64,000 nt of DNA from Spartobacteria bacterium (GTDB lineage Bacteria; Verrucomicrobiota; Verrucomicrobiia; Chthoniobacterales; UBA10450): the NCBI GenBank assembly GCA_003167365.1, contig PMTM01000013.1, positions 122,667 to 186,666 of the forward strand, written 5' to 3'. Position 1 is the stretch's first letter, and the number at the start of each line of letters is the position of its first letter. Below, piece by piece: positions 17,606 through 25,829 of this stretch. A program made the translations under genes and the position numbers. A model generated the notes under the pieces. It worked only from the letters and a program-made list of their open reading frames with translations, made no database searches and had not been told where the DNA came from.

Positions 17606-17734
17606 GCTCTCGCGCCCAAAGGTCGCGCGAAAACCTATCATCGCAAGATTAGTGTAAATCTGACTCTCGAAGGCAGAATTCGTTCATCCTTCAGGAAAAC
17701 TGTCGTGGCGGCCGTGCCGGCTGCAGTTTCTTAT

Positions 17735-18634
17735 TTACGGACTTTGGCTTTGCGCGATTTTGGGCGGGCTGTTGCCGGCAAAAATGGCGTCGAGATCCGC
17801 TAAGACTTTGGCTGGTCCAAGGTATTGCGCTCCAGCGTATGTGCTCGAGAGGAGTTTGCCCGTTTGATCGACGAGAACGAGAGAGGGAATTCCATCGCCG
17901 GCACTTTTCTTTAGCGCCTCTTTTTCCTTAAGTTTTTGGTAATCGATTGCCGGCCATGGCATGTTTGTCTCGCGCATGTAGGCCTCCATCTCGGACTCCG
18001 ATTTATCGAGACTAAAAAAGATGACCTCGAATTCCGGATGCTGATCCTTGACCCGGTTGTAATACTCCACCAATTCCGGCGTGAACTTGCGGCATGGCGC
18101 ACACCAATGCGCCGAAAAATAAAACGCGATCAATTTCTTGTGCGAGAGCGCTTCGTCATCCGCATGGACGAGAGAGCCATTAAGCGGACGGACGAGATCG
18201 CCCTTAACAAAATTGTAAATCCCACTGGCGCCGGCGGCCTGAACTTGTGCGACGGAGCGCTCTTTCGCCAATTGATACTGGTAAAGCGTATTGAACTTTC
18301 GGGACTGTTCAGCCTCGAGGGCGCGCCGTTTGGCTTCAGCGGCAATTTGTCCCCGCGCACGCGCGATCTCTTCCGGCGGAACGGAATATGTTCCGTTCTT
18401 GAGCGCGGTGAGGAGTTCCGGTGTCACTCCGGCCTTGATTAGATCCGCCTCTTTCGTCGAATCGAGAGTATCGACAAAATGACGCGTCGATAGTTCCTGA
18501 GCCATCACGCCGCTCGAATAACCCATTCGAACCATTAACCCGACATCTTTTGCGGTCAGAGGCAATTGCGAGGCGCGCGCCGCAAAAATCGACAAGCAAA
18601 CCGCGATTGAAATCCCAAGCGTCCGGCGACCCAT
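17735..18634 (-). CDS. Exported thioredoxin-fold protein (nucleoredoxin/TlpA-like)
   Basis: Signal peptide MGRRTLGISIAVCLSIFAARA. C-terminal thioredoxin fold with active site WCAPC (FYFSAHWCAPCRKFTPEL). Confidence 0.85.
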   Translation of the reverse strand: MGRRTLGISIAVCLSIFAARASQLPLTAKDVGLMVRMGYSSGVMAQELSTRHFVDTLDSTKEADLIKAGVTPELLTALKNGTYSVPPEEIARARGQIAAEAKRRALEAEQSRKFNTLYQYQLAKERSVAQVQAAGASGIYNFVKGDLVRPLNGSLVHADDEALSHKKLIAFYFSAHWCAPCRKFTPELVEYYNRVKDQHPEFEVIFFSLDKSESEMEAYMRETNMPWPAIDYQKLKEKEALKKSAGDGIPSLVLVDQTGKLLSSTYAGAQYLGPAKVLADLDAIFAGNSPPKIAQSQSP

Positions 18635-18642
18635 CCCTCTTT

Positions 18643-18648
18643 AAGGAG
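18643..18648 (+). promoter_or_regulatory. Shine-Dalgarno sequence of rluD
   Basis: AAGGAG lies 3 nt upstream of the ATG at 18652. Confidence 0.6.
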
Positions 18649-18651
18649 CAA

Positions 18652-19653
18652 ATGACGCGCCATTTCTGGCACTCACTCCGGCGAAGACCCGAGGCTGTTC
18701 GTGATTTATATTGCTTAATCGAACCCCAACTTGATTTGAGCTTGCCGAAACAGACAATAATCGTTCTCACCGTTCCAAGTCACGCGACGGGTTCGCGCCT
18801 CGATCGTTTTCTAGCCGGTGAGTTGAATCAATTCTCGCGCTCGCGAATTCAGCAGCTGATTCGCGCGGGGTTCGTCAAACTCAATGGTGAAACGTCGCGT
18901 CCGCGCGATCTCGTGCGTACGGGTGACGATGTCGATCTCATCGAGCCGCCGTTGGAAAAGATCGATAATCAACCAGAGAAGATCCCGCTCGACATTCTTT
19001 TTGAAGATGCCGATCTCGTCGTAGTCAACAAGTCCGCCGGAATGGTAGTTCATCCGGGGGCTGGTCATCGTGAGCACACGCTGGTCAACGCGCTGCTTAA
19101 TCATTGCGAAACACTTTCCGGAATAGGCGGCAAAGAACGTCCTGGAATCGTTCATCGTCTCGACAAAGAGACGAGCGGCTGTCTGGTGGTGGCGAAAAAC
19201 GACGAAGCGCATCGCGACTTATCGGAACAATTCGCGGGGCGTTCTGTTGAGAAAATTTATCTCGCCCTCGCCGCCGGAAAACTACGCAAACGTTCGGGGG
19301 TGATTGAAGAGAAAATCGGACGCCATCCGGTCCATCGACAACGCATGGCGGTGGCGCCCGCCCGCGGACGCAGCGCGAAAACGGAGTATCGCGTCCTGCG
19401 TTCCAGTGGCGAGATTAGTCTGATCGAATGCCGTTTGCACAGCGGACGCACTCACCAAATTCGCGTCCATCTGCATCATCTTGGCCATCCCGTTCTAGGG
19501 GACAAAATGTATTCGCAAAAGCTAGCGAAAACTTTTCCACGCCAAATGCTGCACGCATGGAAACTCGGTTTCCGCCATCCGCGGACAGAGGAATGGAAGA
19601 GTTTTGAAGCGCCGCTGCCAGATGATTTTCAGGAAGCGTTGGCAAAACTGTAG
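18652..19653 (+). CDS. rluD: 23S rRNA pseudouridine synthase, RluD/RluA family
   Basis: S4 domain (RLDRFLAGEL...IRAGFVKLNG), catalytic HRLDKETSG, and GRTHQIRVH. Start trimmed to the ATG with the good RBS; the track ORF begins at 18550, inside the divergent gene. Confidence 0.92.
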   Translation: MTRHFWHSLRRRPEAVRDLYCLIEPQLDLSLPKQTIIVLTVPSHATGSRLDRFLAGELNQFSRSRIQQLIRAGFVKLNGETSRPRDLVRTGDDVDLIEPPLEKIDNQPEKIPLDILFEDADLVVVNKSAGMVVHPGAGHREHTLVNALLNHCETLSGIGGKERPGIVHRLDKETSGCLVVAKNDEAHRDLSEQFAGRSVEKIYLALAAGKLRKRSGVIEEKIGRHPVHRQRMAVAPARGRSAKTEYRVLRSSGEISLIECRLHSGRTHQIRVHLHHLGHPVLGDKMYSQKLAKTFPRQMLHAWKLGFRHPRTEEWKSFEAPLPDDFQEALAKL

Positions 19654-19674
19654 CGGCGGTCTATGACCGCAGGA
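19651..19674. repeat. Single arm of the TGTAG REP-like family; hairpin immediately after rluD
   Basis: TGTAGCGGCGGTCTATGACCGCAG. The rluD stop codon TAG lies inside the TGTAG motif. Confidence 0.4.
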
Positions 19675-19686
19675 ACCAAATCGGGA

Positions 19687-21000
19687 TTATGCCGATCCCG
19701 GTAAATCGCTTTTTCGCTTAACAAAGAGCACTAATGCGGCGAGCGCCGGCACAATGATTAGTCCGTGCATCCAAGGCTCAGCGTGCCATGGCAATTGAAA
19801 GAGCCGCTCGTCCCAGAAAAGATAATAAGCGAAAACGGTGACGGAAAGAACGTGCCAGGCATAGGCGCGTCGCCAGGTCGCAAGCGGCAAAATCCAAGTG
19901 CAATACCAAGGATTAAAAACCGGACTCAAGACGAGCGCAGTCCCGAGAACCCAGAGCATTCCACGTTTCCAATTGCGGACAAAAAGGAATGAAACCACTA
20001 TTGCGCAACCGATGATGATGACGCTGTAGCGATAATTCATCTGATGCGGATTGGGCCAGAGAGTTTCCTCGATGAGCCACCAGAAAAGATCGTTCAAACG
20101 AGTCAGATGGTTGAGTTCACCGATGGAATTCCACATACGGACGCTCGGAAATCCGTACGGCACACTGAGCAACCCCGGAATGGCCACGGCAATCGCAAGC
20201 ACAATCGCGCGCAGTCGAAGCGCAAAGATGCACGGCAGAAGCAGCAAGACCGGGACGGCATTGATGCTAATGGCGATGCCGAAACAGATTGCCGCCAGCA
20301 GCGGCCCAATCCACTTCTCTCGCGACTCCGTTTCTGACCTTAAGAGAAAGATAATCCCGCCGAGCATTGGCAATATCATCAAGCTGTCGAAGTGCGCCGC
20401 GCCGGCGAAACTGTAAGCGACGAGCGGATTCCAAGCGTACCAGGCGGCGGCTTCATGTCGCGCATTTCCGCCGATCAATCTTAAAAGCAGCGCGACCGCG
20501 GCAAGATCGGCCATCGCAAATAAGAATTTGTAGAAAAGCGGACGATCCGAAATTCGATTGAAAGCCGCGAAGAGCAGCTCGGCGCCGGGTGGATACATCG
20601 CACGCGTGTTTCGATTGATGTTGTGTGATTCGGGAAAGCTCTGCCGAATCTCATCAAGTTTTGGATCGTCAGGCGCGATCACATACGGATTCAAACCTGC
20701 GCTCTGGATTTTTCCTTCCCATTGATAGCGCCAGAGATCGTCACTTGGCGCGAGAGGCAGCGCGATCAAGCGCAACGCGATCGCCACCCCCCAAAAAATC
20801 ATCGCTTTTCCGCGCGTTCCGAGCTCGATCTCGAAACTGGAGACTGCAACCAGGTAGGCAATTCCTGAAAGGAATGCCGCTTCCACAAATTTCACCGGCA
20901 TCGTTTCAATCGTCCAATCGTCGAAACAATTTAGGACTGCGAAAAAGACAAGCTCGGCCGCGATCGCGAACGAGAGTTGCAGAAGCTTGCCGTGCCGCAT
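19687..21000 (-). CDS. Polytopic GT-C-type membrane glycosyltransferase (DUF2029/GT87-like)
   Basis: 437 aa with more than 10 TM helices. The first extracytoplasmic loop has the acidic motif (APSDDLWRYQWEG) typical of polyprenyl-phosphate-sugar-dependent transferases. Confidence 0.7.
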   Translation of the reverse strand: MRHGKLLQLSFAIAAELVFFAVLNCFDDWTIETMPVKFVEAAFLSGIAYLVAVSSFEIELGTRGKAMIFWGVAIALRLIALPLAPSDDLWRYQWEGKIQSAGLNPYVIAPDDPKLDEIRQSFPESHNINRNTRAMYPPGAELLFAAFNRISDRPLFYKFLFAMADLAAVALLLRLIGGNARHEAAAWYAWNPLVAYSFAGAAHFDSLMILPMLGGIIFLLRSETESREKWIGPLLAAICFGIAISINAVPVLLLLPCIFALRLRAIVLAIAVAIPGLLSVPYGFPSVRMWNSIGELNHLTRLNDLFWWLIEETLWPNPHQMNYRYSVIIIGCAIVVSFLFVRNWKRGMLWVLGTALVLSPVFNPWYCTWILPLATWRRAYAWHVLSVTVFAYYLFWDERLFQLPWHAEPWMHGLIIVPALAALVLFVKRKSDLPGSA

Positions 21001-21017
21001 TTTGCTTTACGCGTGTT

Positions 21018-23585
21018 TCAAACGCTGGCCGTCGAATCAACTTTCGACGTGGCGTCAACCGTCCGCGGCGCCCCTAGTTTGCCTCGTCGCATTATGCGCT
21101 GTAATCCGGCGCGATAAGCCGCCGCATCGACCAGCTCGGCGACACGCGCTTTCAAAGCGTGCGCGCGGAAGACCAGAAAAATGGCAAAGATCGAATACAG
21201 AATAATCGACCAAAGATCGATATGCGAGCTATTGAGTTGCCGGTAAATCAAAATACTCAACAGGACGAGGTTTATGATCACGGTGGTGGCGACAAACTTG
21301 TGGCGAAGCCCGACGCGCGTCAGGCATTTTCCGTCGCCGTGATATTCGGTGACGGTCTGCAGCTTAATGCTCCACCAAAAGTTTCCGTAAATTTGAAGGT
21401 CCCACTCGTTCCAACCACTATCGGTGGAATAACGCCAGCCTTCTTCCTCGAGAAGCTGGAAAATCGAGCCGAGAAGATGGTGGCGATCTTTCCCCTCCTC
21501 GCTCCAATAAATTCGGCGTCGCGCGTTTCGAACAATCTGCGCACCGGCGGGCAAATGCTCATGAGTTCTGATGACGTTTCGCGGAGTGCGTTTAAAGTGC
21601 AACCAGGTGAAATAACGCGAGAAGCCGCGCACCAGCGGTTGGATGAACGCCAGCGCCATGACCAGCAAACGCGCGTGCACGGTATCGAACTTCGGCTCGA
21701 TGCGCGCGCGCACCATGTAGGAAAGCGCCACGCAAAGTGTGCCGCCAAACATGAGATACGGAACAATTCGCAATGCCGGCAGAAAAATTCCCAAGCCGAA
21801 GAGAAAGATCGTCAGCGCGAACCATTCGATGCTGCTGAGATAAGCGGCGACTTCCGATTGCGGTGTCGGATAAATCGATTGGAAAAAACCTTCGCCAAAA
21901 ATCCCGTGATAAACAATCGGCCGATTGATGAACCAAATGAAACGCGGCGTGCCGTAAATCTGCCCGCGCCATTTGGCCGAGCCAGTCGGCCCGAAGAAAA
22001 TCAAATGCTTGAAACGCAGAAGCGATTCCGCTTCGCCATAACCTTCCTGCTGTTTAAGAAAAGCGCGCAACGTGAAACGCCGGTGATGCCACACGACTGC
22101 GGTCGGGCTGAATGCGATGACGGAACCGGATTGCTGCAAACGCCAGCAGAAATCGACATCGTCTCCGGCCGCGTGGTATTCGATATCGAAGCCGCCGACG
22201 TTTTCAAAAGCCCAGCGATAAAACGCCATGTTACAACCGGGGATGTGTTCGGCGACCGTGTCGGTGAGCAATACATGACTCGGTCCACCCGGCGCAGCCG
22301 CGACACAGGCTTGAATCCAATTTTTCGCCGGCGGCGGCACGTTCGGCCCACCCACTCCGGCATAGTCCCCGCTCACCAGCGTGCCAATCAAGTAATAAAG
22401 CCAATCGACGTCCGCCATGCAGTCGGAATCGGTGTACGCGAATACTTCGCCTTTGGCCGCGGCCGCGCCCGTGTTGCGCGCGTGACTCAGCCCGTGATTT
22501 TCCTGATAAATGTAACGCACGTGCGGAAATCGTTCCGCGATCTTGGCGGTATTGTCCTTCGAGCCGTCGTCGACCAGAATCACTTCGTAATCGGGATAGT
22601 TGAGTTTACTCAACGATTCGAGACAGGTGGTGAGAGTCTTCGCGCCGTTGTACGAACAGACGATCACGGATACGAAAGGCGCCTCCGGTAAATCGCGATG
22701 CGGCAGATCGGTGCTGTCCCGTCCGAGCTTGTCGCGAAGAACGTAAAAAGCTTTTTTCGGCTCGCGCGCGCGGGTGACAATTCCGAAGGCCCAATCGGTA
22801 ATTTCCTGTTCGCCGGTGTACCATTCGTCAGTCCAGGCGAAGAAAACAGTTCCAGCCAGACCGCACCGCACCACGCTGTCGACGTGCCAGCCCAGCATCT
22901 CGGCCTGCTCTTCTTGTGAATGGCGAATCGTGTCCATGCCGAATTCGCCCAAAATGAGCGGGCGCTCTTCGCTCAAATTCTGAAGACGCAAAAGGTACTT
23001 TTCGAAGTCGCGCTGATCGTGCAGATAAACGTTGAAGCAAAAGAAATCGAGATTCTGCGGCAGGAGATATTCGGTCGGCGGATAGGTCGCATAGGAATAG
23101 AGAACGTCGGGATCGATACGGCGACCGATGCGCACCAGTTTTTCCACGAACTCGGTGACCTGCTGCACCCCGAGCCAGCGAATCATCGCGCTCGAGATTT
23201 CATTTCCGACGAGATAACCGAACACCGCCGGATGACCGGCATTCGCCTCCACCGCCGCGCGAACGCTATCGATGATCGCCTTGCGCGCGGCGCTCTCGTT
23301 TAGAAATTCGATGTGCTTCGCCCATGGCAGAGTAATCAGCACGCGCATTCCGCCGGCGGCGCAGCGATCGAGAAACCATTTGGGCGGTGCGTGATAAACC
23401 CGGACGACGTTCAGCCCGATCTCACGCATAAGGGCAAGATCGGCATCCACCTGTTCCGGTCGGCCGAGATAATTCCCCTGCGCGTCCGGTTTGAACGGAC
23501 CGTAGGTGACGCCTTTGACAAAAAACTTCCGGTCACCTTCAAAAAAGAATTTCGCGACGGCGCGAATCCGCGAGTTCGGGCTCAC
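21018..23585 (-). CDS. Fusion protein: N-terminal clan GH-A glycoside hydrolase-like TIM barrel, GT2 glycosyltransferase, C-terminal multi-TM region
   Basis: N-terminal part has FVKGVTYGPF, a VGNEIS acid/base-type motif and ILGEFG. Middle part has VSVIVCSYNG, VDDGSKDNT, DSDCMAD, GCNMAF and AGDDVDFCWR. At least 5 TM helices follow. GTG start. Confidence 0.85.
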   Translation of the reverse strand: MSPNSRIRAVAKFFFEGDRKFFVKGVTYGPFKPDAQGNYLGRPEQVDADLALMREIGLNVVRVYHAPPKWFLDRCAAGGMRVLITLPWAKHIEFLNESAARKAIIDSVRAAVEANAGHPAVFGYLVGNEISSAMIRWLGVQQVTEFVEKLVRIGRRIDPDVLYSYATYPPTEYLLPQNLDFFCFNVYLHDQRDFEKYLLRLQNLSEERPLILGEFGMDTIRHSQEEQAEMLGWHVDSVVRCGLAGTVFFAWTDEWYTGEQEITDWAFGIVTRAREPKKAFYVLRDKLGRDSTDLPHRDLPEAPFVSVIVCSYNGAKTLTTCLESLSKLNYPDYEVILVDDGSKDNTAKIAERFPHVRYIYQENHGLSHARNTGAAAAKGEVFAYTDSDCMADVDWLYYLIGTLVSGDYAGVGGPNVPPPAKNWIQACVAAAPGGPSHVLLTDTVAEHIPGCNMAFYRWAFENVGGFDIEYHAAGDDVDFCWRLQQSGSVIAFSPTAVVWHHRRFTLRAFLKQQEGYGEAESLLRFKHLIFFGPTGSAKWRGQIYGTPRFIWFINRPIVYHGIFGEGFFQSIYPTPQSEVAAYLSSIEWFALTIFLFGLGIFLPALRIVPYLMFGGTLCVALSYMVRARIEPKFDTVHARLLVMALAFIQPLVRGFSRYFTWLHFKRTPRNVIRTHEHLPAGAQIVRNARRRIYWSEEGKDRHHLLGSIFQLLEEEGWRYSTDSGWNEWDLQIYGNFWWSIKLQTVTEYHGDGKCLTRVGLRHKFVATTVIINLVLLSILIYRQLNSSHIDLWSIILYSIFAIFLVFRAHALKARVAELVDAAAYRAGLQRIMRRGKLGAPRTVDATSKVDSTASV

Positions 23586-23627
23586 AGCGGCATTCCGTAG
23601 TCTAAGGGCCGCGCGGAAGCAAAGAAT

Positions 23628-24908
23628 TTAGCGCGCAATTTCAGTAATCGCTTCCCGCATGACTACCACGGTGCGCTCGACGTCGCTGGAAGAATGCGCC
23701 GTCGATATAAATCCGGTTTCGAATTGTGAGGGCGCAAAGTACACGCCTCGTTTCAAACAAGCGTGAAAGAATTTTGCGAATGCCTTCAGATCGCTGCGCT
23801 GCGCGCCGGCAAGATCGACAATCGGTCCTCCCGCGAAGAACAAACAGAACATCGAACCGATGCGATGAAAGGTGATGTCGACCTTGGCCGGTGCGATCGC
23901 ATCGCGCGCGAGATCTTCGAATTGCGCGCCGAGTTTCTCGAGTTTATTCCAGCCGTCGATCCGCTCCAACTCGCGCAGTTGGGCCAGTCCAGCAGCCATG
24001 GCCAAAGGATTTCCCGAGAGCGTTCCCGCCTGATAAACCGGACCATCAGGCGAAAGTTGATCCATGATTTCGGCGCGACCGCCGAATGCGCCGACCGGCA
24101 ATCCGCCGCCGATAATTTTCCCGAGCGCGGTGAGGTCCGGTTTGATCCCGTAAATTTCCTGCGCGCCACCGCGCGCCACGCGAAAACCGGTCATTACTTC
24201 GTCGAAAATCAGAAGAGCGCCGTGTTTTGTGCATTCGTCACGCACAGTCGATAGAAAACCCTCGCGTGGAAAATAAAGACCGGCATTCGCGGGAATCGGT
24301 TCGAGAATCACCGCTCCGATCTCGTTTTCACGAAATGCCTTCCGGACAAGATCGACGTCGTTGAACGGCAACGAAATCGTGAGTGCCGCCAAATCTTTCG
24401 GCACGCCAGCGCTGTCGGGCCGCCCATGAGTGAGCGCGCCGCTGCCGGATTTCACCAGCAGCGCGTCGACATGCCCGTGATAACAACCGTCGAACTTTAT
24501 GATCTTGTCGCGACCGGTGAAACCTCGTGCGAGTCGAATGCATGACATCGCCGCTTCGGTGCCGCTGTTGACCATCCGGATTTTTTCGATCGACGGCATC
24601 CACTGGCAGATCAATTCCGCCAGTTCCACTTCCAGCGAATTGGGAATGCCAAAACTCAAGCCGCGAGTCGCGGTTTCGCGGACGGCGTCGACAACGGCCT
24701 TTGGCGCGTGACCGAGAATCGCCGGGCCCCAACTGCCGACGTAATCTATGTATTCATTGCCATCGACGTCCCAAATCCGCGATCCTTCCGCGCGCTCGAC
24801 GAAAAACGGCTCGCCGTCGACATTCCGAAACGCGCGCACCGGCGAATTCACGCCGCCGGGGATGCGCTTTTGCGCGGCGCGAAATAATTCAGATGAACGT
24901 GAGTGCAT
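23628..24908 (-). CDS. hemL: Glutamate-1-semialdehyde 2,1-aminomutase
   Basis: Class III aminotransferase: GSWGPAILGH, DEVMTGFR, and the PLP-lysine region ALGKIIGGGLP. Length 426 aa. Confidence 0.97.
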   Translation of the reverse strand: MHSRSSELFRAAQKRIPGGVNSPVRAFRNVDGEPFFVERAEGSRIWDVDGNEYIDYVGSWGPAILGHAPKAVVDAVRETATRGLSFGIPNSLEVELAELICQWMPSIEKIRMVNSGTEAAMSCIRLARGFTGRDKIIKFDGCYHGHVDALLVKSGSGALTHGRPDSAGVPKDLAALTISLPFNDVDLVRKAFRENEIGAVILEPIPANAGLYFPREGFLSTVRDECTKHGALLIFDEVMTGFRVARGGAQEIYGIKPDLTALGKIIGGGLPVGAFGGRAEIMDQLSPDGPVYQAGTLSGNPLAMAAGLAQLRELERIDGWNKLEKLGAQFEDLARDAIAPAKVDITFHRIGSMFCLFFAGGPIVDLAGAQRSDLKAFAKFFHACLKRGVYFAPSQFETGFISTAHSSSDVERTVVVMREAITEIAR

Positions 24909-24920
24909 GAGAGCGGAAGC

Positions 24921-24955
24921 AAACGTTCAACGTCCAACGCTCAACGTCCAACGTC
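24921..24955. repeat. Tandem heptamer array (5 units) in the hemL leader
   Basis: Plus strand reads AAACGTT CAACGTC CAACGCT CAACGTC CAACGTC. It begins 13 nt upstream of the hemL ATG. Confidence 0.8.
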
Positions 24956-25031
24956 GAATTTCAGCAGTTGCGAACGCTGCTGTTGGCAAATTGACACAAA
25001 GCACTCGCGTATTACGCTCAGGGCTCGCAGC

Positions 25032-25103
25032 GGCGGGGTAGCCAAGTGGTAAGGTCGGGGTCTGCAAAACCTCTATTCGCGGGTTCGATTCCCGCCCCCG
25101 CCT
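25032..25103 (+). tRNA. tRNA-Cys (anticodon GCA)
   Basis: Cloverleaf folded by hand: acceptor GGCGGGG/CCCCGCC, anticodon stem GGGGT/ACCTC with loop CTGCAAA, T arm GCGGG-TTCGATT-CCCGC, discriminator T. No encoded CCA. Confidence 0.93.
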
Positions 25104-25330
25104 CTTTCAATTTTTGAACGCCGTTGGAAAGCCGCCATTGTCGGCAGCGGCAGATGGGCGGCGATGCGGCGGGAATGGTTTTGCCGGATAACGCGGGCGC
25201 AGGATCGCGAATGCTGGTGAAGTCAACGCGATCAAGAGCACCATGCTGAGAGTCACGCGTATCATAATTGTCATTTCTATCGAGCAAGCAACGCGCCGTG
25301 CGCTTCGATAATGTTTTTCGCAGATGGATT

Positions 25331-25747
25331 CTAGCGAAGCCACCATCCGGTGATGACAGTGGCAAGCAACAAAGTCGTGAGCCAGTCCAGAACGCGGCCA
25401 AAGACAACCAACCGATGAATCCGAATAAACAGTGCGGATTCGAGCATGATTGGCACCACCACGACGCCCCAAAGAGAGATGGCAAAGAGAACACTGCCGC
25501 AAAGGCCTCTGGCAAATACCGCGACATTGAAACGGAGGACGAGAGTAAACAAGCAGGCGACCCCGATTGCCGCGAAAACGTGAAAGAAACTCGAAAGCGC
25601 ATAACTGCGCGGTCCTTCTGGCCGCCAGGTTTGCGGCGTTTCTCTTTGGAATCGATGGAAGATGCCGCCCATCAGGAGCCAGCTTGTGAAGATGGAAATC
25701 ACTCCGGCTATGAAACCGGGAAGAAACGCAGCACGGAGCGTGTTCAT
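25331..25747 (-). CDS. Small polytopic membrane protein (4 TM, DUF1761-like?)
   Basis: 138 aa with four hydrophobic helices and an ATG start. The family guess is weak. Confidence 0.6.
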   Translation of the reverse strand: MNTLRAAFLPGFIAGVISIFTSWLLMGGIFHRFQRETPQTWRPEGPRSYALSSFFHVFAAIGVACLFTLVLRFNVAVFARGLCGSVLFAISLWGVVVVPIMLESALFIRIHRLVVFGRVLDWLTTLLLATVITGWWLR

Positions 25748-25784
25748 CTCTCGATTTCAATCAGGATGGCAGAAAAAGAACAAT

Positions 25785-25812
25785 AGAATTCAGATTTCGG
25801 ATTTCGGATTTC
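25785..25812. repeat. Tandem heptamer array (4 units) in the gspF leader
   Basis: AGAATTC AGATTTC GGATTTC GGATTTC. It ends 18 nt upstream of the gspF GTG. Confidence 0.75.
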
Positions 25813-25829
25813 AGACTAATTTCGAAGCC

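Noticed and set aside
21159-22691. 510-aa ORF on the plus strand, and other long ORFs antisense to or overlapping confident genes (for example 5397-6137, 14927-15814, 39204-39923, 40131-40844, 42035-42739, 53528-54235, 34519-35187).
   Set aside because: They lie entirely inside well-supported genes on the opposite strand (GT2 fusion, MFS, cyclase, gyrB, gyrA, batB, FTR1/pilT). Their translations are Arg/Ala/Gly-rich low-complexity sequences typical of shadow ORFs in GC-rich DNA, with no recognisable motifs.
25018-25760. ORFs of 194 and 217 aa on the minus strand overlapping tRNA-Cys and the small membrane protein gene.
   Set aside because: They overlap a confidently folded tRNA and a better membrane-protein ORF in another frame. 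Only the last 55 codons of one of them are kept, as a low-confidence small ORF.
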